NCBI RefSeq assembly: GCF_006345805.1
Contig: NC_043003.1
Location: 110,298,001 to 110,362,000 of the forward strand
Direction: 5' to 3'
DNA: 64,000 nucleotides
DNA from: Octopus sinensis
Lineage: Eukaryota
This document shows positions 56,396 through 64,000 of the stretch, one piece after another. The translations under genes were made by a program, and so were the position numbers. Every line of letters starts with the position of its first letter. Position 1 is the first letter of the stretch. The notes beneath the pieces were generated by a model. That model ran no database searches, was not told where the DNA came from, and was given only the letters and a program-made list of their open reading frames with translations.

Positions 56396-58334
56396 TTTTT
56401 TATATTAGTCGGCTTTAACGACAAAATCCATTCATATTTGCATAATCGTTAATTTAAAATCTAATTTAGATGATTGACATTACTAGTGTTGTCTCCCTTG
56501 TATTTTGTATCTAGATTTCAAAATGCCTATGAAGAAACCTTTTGCCTTATAACTATATGGATAATCTCATCAGATCAAATATTGTGAACTCTCTATGTAT
56601 TATATGTGGATCCCTATATTTTGTGAAATTCAGTACCTTTAACTTTCCTTGAAGTAATTTTCTTCAGACCCATTACCAACAAACATAAATATTCAGAGGG
56701 AGAGAGTAAAAAATAGTTTTGCAGATCCTCACGTAATTGACTCATTCATCGCGCAGTAAGTATTATGACATTCAGCTAGCAGCAACGATGATAAATCATG
56801 AAGTATGTATATTGTTAGCGATGGTTCCGCAGACTACATGCGCATCCAGTCAGTATGTAATCTGTGGAGTCAACATTATTATTCCAGTAATTGACTCCAT
56901 GACAAATCCGCGAAAACTCGTAGTCTGTAGATAATAAAAGAAAGTTTAAGTAATTTTTGTACAAAATTGTAATTAAACAGTCTCGATCTATCGTAGAGAT
57001 ATCATTAATATCCGTGATTCTCACTACGCTTATGATGGTCACGAGGTATGTTGTGATTGAGAGCCGGATGAGACAGGGATTACGTACCATTGAGAACAAC
57101 AGCCTGATAGAAAGTTCAAAAAATCTTGTTGCCAAATTAGGCTTTTGTCGAGAATCTTTTACCGATAAAACATTCGAACTGAGTTGTATGTCACGGAAAA
57201 AACTGGATGAAAATGGAAAATATACCTAGAACGTGACTTGATCTCCTGACACGAAGGACGATTATTGATTTAAATATTGTCACTGCCAAATTTTACATGC
57301 CATTCATATTTGTATTGATAAATTGTAAGGCAACAAAATCCCATTCTACAAAAATGGCAAGAAAAGCATTTGCTGTTGGAGTGTCTACTATAGAGTCTCA
57401 AGAAGTGAGAAAAGCTGTACAGACTAAAAAAGGTTAGCAATTGAGAATAACTAACACAAAATATCAACAAGTATAGGTGAAGTACTATAACCAGCATATC
57501 AATAGTAGGCGAGATATCAAGATCAGAGAACATTTCCTGTGATTTTAGAAAGCCATTGCGCACCGAGCCAAACGTGAAGGAGGTTAATAGAAATATATAT
57601 TTACATCTCCAGCATATTTTAAGAAGTTTGAATCATGTGCCATAAATGTTTAACATCACTGGGACAACTACATATCCCGAATTGCTGGTCTGGTTCTGGT
57701 GCGATTTCCGGAAAGATATCTACTTGAGAGTGTAGCAATGTTTTTGATATATTTCTGAGAGTAACGATCCATGAATTTATCATTAATGAATTAGACAAGG
57801 TTATAATCTGTATGAACAGCGTGAAAATGTAATGAAATAGCGTAAGCGATTGAATGTCAAGATCTAACGAGAATATAATTAACTAACATCAATTAGGAAA
57901 TTAAAAGGAAAAATAACAATATGTGAAATTCAGTGTCTAGAAGTCGCGCAAACATATGAGAGAATGACCAAAGCTGAGGCGGAAATATAAATAAACCAGT
58001 ATTTATAAAAATCCTGTAAAATGCTTACATGAAAGACTGTTCGAGTAAATAATGGTGTGACACCTCTATGCAACCCCATACCAATGTCGGGAATATTTTG
58101 TCAGAAGCTATCAAAAGTGCTGTCATATCCAACCAACAGTCTGGAGTAAAATAAAATATCCTGCAGAGTAAACATCCACACACAAACACACACACAAACA
58201 CACATACTCACAGAGATATAGTATGAAAATATATTTACATACACATATGCATACAAACATATATATATATATATGTAAGTACACGTGTCGGTTTGTCTAT
58301 ATGTATCTGTGTATGCATATATAAATACATATAT

Positions 58335-58560
58335 TCTTTCATTTCTTTTACGTCTTTCAGTCATTTGTCTCCGGCCTTGCTGGAGCCCCACCTTAAAAAG
58401 TTTTCTTGTTAGGAATCGACGTCAAGTCTTACTATTTGTGAGCCTACTTAATATTCTAACGATTTTATTAGCCCAACCGTTAAATTACGGGGACGTAACC
58501 ACAGCAACATCAGACAAGTGAAGATGTGGAGGGACAAAGACAGACAGCAACACACACACC
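58335..58560 (-). mobile_element. Degenerate 3' half of SINE family A
   Basis: TTTCAGTCATTTG...GGCCTTGCTGGAGC...TTACGGGGACGTAA is the reverse complement of the family A tail. Confidence 0.75.
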
Positions 58561-59449
58561 CGCGCATCATTTGTGGTCATAAGACTAAGGTCGTCAATTA
58601 CAGCCTCTATGACACTGGTCCTGGACTGGTCATCTTCTTTGGCTGTAGTGATTGTACTGGCGTGAGATCTGGTTAATCTGCTAATATTACTGTACATAGC
58701 TGGTAATATAGATAGTAGGTCTAGGTCTCACTGTAGCTTCATTGATGACTCCTTCATATAGGCATCGGCCTCCTACTGGACAGTTATTTTATACCCTGAA
58801 AGAACAACCTGCCTCCTTCTTTGTATCGTAGGTGATTATTAAAATACTTTTTTATGTTAGGTGCTCCACTGAAGGGGACTCTTAGTTTGTGCCTCTTAAT
58901 TGCCTGTATCTATGTGTATGTGTGAAATGTTTGCCTATTAATCTAAAGAAAATCCTTTTCCACACAAGTTTTGACGTTGAGCTAGAAGGATGGAGCAAAC
59001 CAAACGACGTTTCTGCGGCGCTTCTTTTTTCGGGTGTTAGGGCCAGACACGTAGAAGACGCGGTCCTTAAATCAATTCATTGAAGTAGGGGGCAGCGGCA
59101 TCGAAGGTATCTTGGCTACAGGATAGATTCGAGATTCTCTTGCTTACACCTTTCCCTAGGTTCTTGAAAATTATAAGGTGGTGATTGGAGGCTGTGCTAA
59201 TATAAGACATCATCTCGTTTGGCTTGTGATAAGGCCTGTATATACCAGAGCCCAGATCTAAACTAACATCTATTTTTTGTTGTAATAATTACTACTGTAA
59301 TCTTTTTAAGTGTGCTTCCTTTCTTATATATGTTTTAGTGACTATCTTCGATCTGGTTACAGAGTGTCGTACGAATTCTACTACATGGTCTGCGTTTGAT
59401 AGTTACAACGATCCCTACGCTTTTACATATTATCAATTGCCACCCCAAA

Positions 59450-60340
59450 GATAACATGGAACGTTTCTATATAGGATATTCGATACAAAATATCCCAGTA
59501 CCTTCCAATGAGGTCTACACGAAAATCTTACTAGAGAAAATAATAGACCTTATAATGTGCATGAGATGGAAGGCATTTTCTGTGATCAAAGCACGCCACC
59601 CTTTGAGATCAATACGTACGGTATAAAGTTTAGGAAATTTCCACATAAGATTCAGGAAATCGATGCCTTCGAAGCGGACCTACTGGGCATAAAACTGAAG
59701 CTGAAATTCCGTAAGTCCTTTTCCTCATTTCAAAGTAAAATCAGTAAAGATATACAAAAAATAAGAAACTCTAACAGGTCCTTAATCTTCTCGTATACGA
59801 CTATGATAGACACATACACCTACGATAGGCTTTTAAATGATTACACAAAAACACAGACTCGCATCCCAACACACTTATATTGACACTAACTGAGAGGCCA
59901 AACATATATCAGTTAGCAGACAGATTAGTGATTTTGGCCAAGAGAAATGTTTTTATCACTTTAAAAGACCACAAGCTGAATTCTGCTTCTACCCCCAAAT
60001 ATCGTCTTATCAACCCGGCTAAGTCTGAAATTGAGCAGGCGAGTGTATATATACTGAGGAATAATAATGATGGCATAAGAAGGAAGAGAGGCCTCCTTCT
60101 CTGGTGAAGCTACAATAAGGAAACCTCATGGTTTAGCCCTCAAAGATCAAGGAACCCCATGTGATATCAGGCGGGGGGGGGGGAATAATAGATCGCCAGG
60201 CCCTTTTATTAATGGGAGGGGCCGTTGTAAAATCTGCATCACGGAGGGAGCCAAGATTCTTGAGCACTATACTAAAGAGTCGTAAAGAAGTTTTCTCTAA
60301 ACGTGTACACTTCAAGCGATACCTACTGCAAAATTGGAGC
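59450..60340 (+). mobile_element. Internally deleted Naiad-type PLE relic (N-terminus and RT start fused to the endonuclease end)
   Basis: GYSIQNIPVPS...MRWKAF, TYGIKFRKFP...FEADLL...KFRK, VFITLKDHK...KYRLINPAKSEI, then PFINGRGRCKICITE and SRKEVFSKRVHFKRYLL. Confidence 0.8.
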
Positions 60341-60589
60341 TCCCCGTTTGCTAGTTAGGCTTTTTTCGGGTCTATAAGGGTTGTTTTATCCTCTGGTTCA
60401 AGGGATACAACCTTCTTCATTAAGGTTTTTATAGGTTAAAACTTGAATCTCAATTTCCGAACGTTTCCTCACTTCCGTGACGTAGAAAGTAAATCTTTTT
60501 TGTCTTTGTATAGAGTCTCACGAGCTGTCCAGAAGGCTTTGGCTTTGTGGATACGAAGTTCTATGTCCAGAATTTAAATGATTCTCTCA

Positions 60590-60641
<52 letters not shown>

Positions 60642-61183
60642 ACAAGAAGAAAAAGAAATGGAGATTGGGAAGTTAAATCAACCATCGTCACTTACAGCTG
60701 TTTCAGTTAAATCTCTGTGAATTAATTAAATCTTAAATTCATATGTCCTGAGCATAATATCTTCAAAGAATAAAAAAATATATACCTTGGATATTTACGG
60801 ATTCATTATATCAGCCTGAATAAAACGGTTTATGACGTTTAAGTGTTCGGGCGAGGGGTTTGCAGGTTGGTTGGAGATAAGATAGAATAGGTAAAGAGAA
60901 ATAGGGTAACAAGTAAATAAATTAGAGAAATTTGAATATAAGTAGGATAAAAATGAAATATACCTTTATAAGGTATAATGTTAAGAAAATTCGTGCATAC
61001 ACAAATACACGCACATATGTATGCATATATACACAGGGATACATTCATCGATACGTCCATATATGTATATATATATATATGCACAAATCACACTTAAATA
61101 CTTACACACATATATACACCCACATGTGCACACATATCAACGCATATATGCATATATGCACATTGGTACATAAATCGATGTAT

Positions 61184-61252
<69 letters not shown>

Positions 61253-61318
61253 GTTTACACTCACTACTCATCACCGCTCAGAAGAAGATAATATAGATCC
61301 ATTTTGGTCAATAAATAC

Positions 61319-61549
61319 TATTTCTTTATTACCCACAAGGGGCTAAACACAGAGGGGACAAACAAGGACAGACATAGGTATTAAGTCGATTACATCGACC
61401 CCAGTGCGTAACTGTTACTTAATTTATTGACCCCGAAATGATGAAAGGCAAAGTCGACCTCGGCGGAATTTGAACTCACAACGTAACGGCAGACGAAATA
61501 CCGCTAAGCATTTCGCCCGGCGTGCTAACGTTTCTGCCAGCTCGCCGCC
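61319..61549 (-). mobile_element. Full-length tRNA-derived SINE, family B, with a 17-bp target-site duplication
   Basis: Head GGCGG...GAGTTCAAATTCCGCC (B box; 5'/3' ends pair); tail AGCCCCTTGTGGGTAATAAAGAAAT; flanks TTTTGGTCAATAAATAC (61302-18) and TTTTGGTCAATATATAC (61550-66). Confidence 0.92.
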
Positions 61550-62359
61550 TTTTGGTCAATATATACCGATTGGTTAATGGTATTTTGAATCATTATGTAT
61601 ATTCTATAATGTTTATAATGAAGTATATTTGTTTTAACGGTTTTGGAAGTTTGTGGTTCTTTAATTTACGTATGCAAATAATAAATATCTATGTACACAC
61701 ACATATACATACACATGTACATTGGAATCTCAGCATACATACATACATACACAAACATAACAGTAGTCACCGGTATATACATACATATAGAGTATATATA
61801 TCTATATCTATATATACACACACACACATATATATATATATATATGTATGTATATATATATATATATGTGTGTATATGTATGTATGTATGTATATATATA
61901 TATATATATATATATACACAAGATAGTATTATTACCGTGATTTACAGAAAAAAGTATGGTCGCTAGCAACATCACACATTTTCAAGTACAATATCAAGTA
62001 ATCTAACATTATGTAGTGTATATAAGACCACTTGCCAAAATCAGAACTACTGTGTAAATGTGGTTATCGATGTAAGGCAAATATGTAAAACAAAATCAAT
62101 CAGTTATTAATGTTGCCACATGTTTATGTTCAAATGTTAGTAAGAGATTACGAAGAATATATAAAAGTTGTTATTTAATTGAGTTAATGCGTGCATTGAT
62201 AATTCTCAATTTAGGTGTAATAGATATAGGTATAATCATAATTGGTAGCGTAGTTAAGTAAACGTTTTGGTAGGAGGGAGTTATATTAGTGTTCATAGTT
62301 CATGAATTAAAGAGTTCATAGGAATTTTTCAGTTAGAGGCATAAGTTATAAATCAATTA

Positions 62360-64000
62360 AATTTAGAAAATACATATTTTCCCGCATGGGTACAAGAAGT
62401 ACTTTTCTCTGTTCTTAAGTTAATTAGGGTATTCCTAGAGGAAAAAAAGCCTCCATGATGCAACGATTGCATTTTGTTGCCTTTGATTTGATAAGACGTT
62501 GCAGAAGCAAAGATATCACATATGATTTCCAATTCAATGTTATCAATTAATTCCTGTATAAATTGACTTAATCCGGTGGAGTTGATTTTTCTGCTTATTT
62601 TTAAAAGAATGGATATGGTTGGCCATGCGAATCTTTATTTTCATTCGAGCCTATATAAAATATTTTTTACCCTGAGCTATAACTGTGCAATGATAGATTA
62701 TATTTCTTTTCTTATATGGATTCTTCAATTTACAATTAGTTTTAAATTTACAGTGACAATTTTTATAAATGTTGTTATGTGGGTAACTATTAGAAGAATT
62801 GATATGAATGGAGTTAATATGGGTTATTATGGTTCCATTATTATTAGAGTCCATTATTATTAGAGTTATTAAAGTTTGGGAGATTTTCTAGATTTATCGT
62901 CATGGGTATTTCTATTGGTGAAGAAATTATTTAATTTCATGTTGTTAATTGATGATATAATTGTAAATAACTTAGGAGTTAGGCTAAAACCAATCCTGAC
63001 ATTATTGTGGTTTATTATTTCAATATATCTATTATCAATGTGAAAATATTTACAAATTTTCGTAATTATAGATTTAACAATATTATTGTAAAGTTCCATT
63101 GCATATGGAATAATTAGCCAAATTTTATTAGATTTATCATAGTGATTATTAGTTATAGGTATTTTGAAATCCCTTTTTAGATTTGTTAGAGGTTATTAAA
63201 TAGGCATTCAGTTTAATATAATTATTCAGAGCATTATATAAATTAGCAGTGGTGCTGGCATTAGAGTAATGATTTTATTATTCATGTCAATATGTTTATA
63301 TAATTGAGGAGATCATTATAATTGTGAACTGATTGTTTATTATTCTTTTTATTTATCTTGGGTTTATGAGATAATTTAATATTGGCAGTTTTTATATTAT
63401 TATATTTGCTATTATGAGGCTGATTTGGAATAATTTTGGGTTTCTTACCATTACCAATAGCTGATTTATATATAGGTGGATTATTGGTTATATTTTCATT
63501 TCCACTTATATTATAGTTATGGTGGTATCAAATGTTTATTGTCATTAATGTTGTTTGGTCGATCGTATTTCCTTTTTCCCCTATATCTAGCGTTTACTAG
63601 GACTGTGTTGTAGTAATCCACGTGACTATCAAATACTTCCTCGTTACAAGATAAATAGGATAGTCTGTTACCAATGTTGGAAGCTAGTGCATATTTAATT
63701 GATCTTGGATGATCACTTTGGAAGTTAATGTAGCTTAAATTAGAATTAGATTTTTGAAAAGGTTCATGCAATCTGGTTGTTAGATTGAAATTAACGTCCA
63801 AAAAGTGAATCGATTATCCTTGTTAATAGAAATAGAAAGACATTGCCTTTTCAAAAATTTGTAAAATCTTTTCGTAAGTAATACTAATTTGGTATCGTAT
63901 GCATTTTTCATGATGAACAGTGCATCATCCCTGTATAACCCACCGCTCATTTCCGGAAATTCATCATGGAGGTCGAACAAAAGATAAATTCCAACAAGAC
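62360..64000 (-). mobile_element. AT-rich Naiad-type PLE relic running off the window edge (RT core/thumb, Asn-rich insert, Cys motif, degenerate endonuclease)
   Basis: GGLYRDDAL, DVNFNL...SYINFQSDHP, NNVRIGFS...IISSIN, NCHCKFKTNCKL...NIIYHCTV. Confidence 0.8.

Noticed and set aside
60500-60720. Further hammerhead-like fragments (~60514-60575 plus, ~60685-60710 minus; also ~500-535)
   Set aside because: Catalytic core mutated or missing; too degenerate to call. Bare CTGATGA at 18173, 19303 and 20490 lacks the stems.

Overview
AT-rich eukaryotic (animal) genomic DNA made almost entirely of microsatellites and transposable-element material. There are no prokaryotic features. The SINE families and microsatellite profile look like an octopod cephalopod, which is my recollection and was not checked by a search. 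Most listed ORFs are microsatellite or antisense artefacts. The main element is a Tx1/L1-clade LINE present as one full-length copy (45675-51592) and two 5'-truncated copies (38824-39771, 51622-53556). All three are flanked on both sides by (TATC)n and end AATAAAGAAAC with no poly(A) tail. The full-length ORF2 becomes one stop-free 1145-aa APE-RT-CCHC protein after four 1-bp insertions. Its 3'UTR holds hairpins with a compensatory base change, and its last 24 nt nearly match the tail of a tRNA-derived SINE (61319-61549) that has a 17-bp target-site duplication. Also present: an old scrambled relative of the LINE, three Naiad-type and one Penelope/Poseidon-type PLE relics, two clear minimal hammerhead-ribozyme motifs, and a 1-kb foldback carrying hammerhead relics. 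There are also a Tc1 transposon, a mariner-type MITE, several SINEs and one probable host exon (34427-35616, minus) of an unidentified Ser-rich protein.
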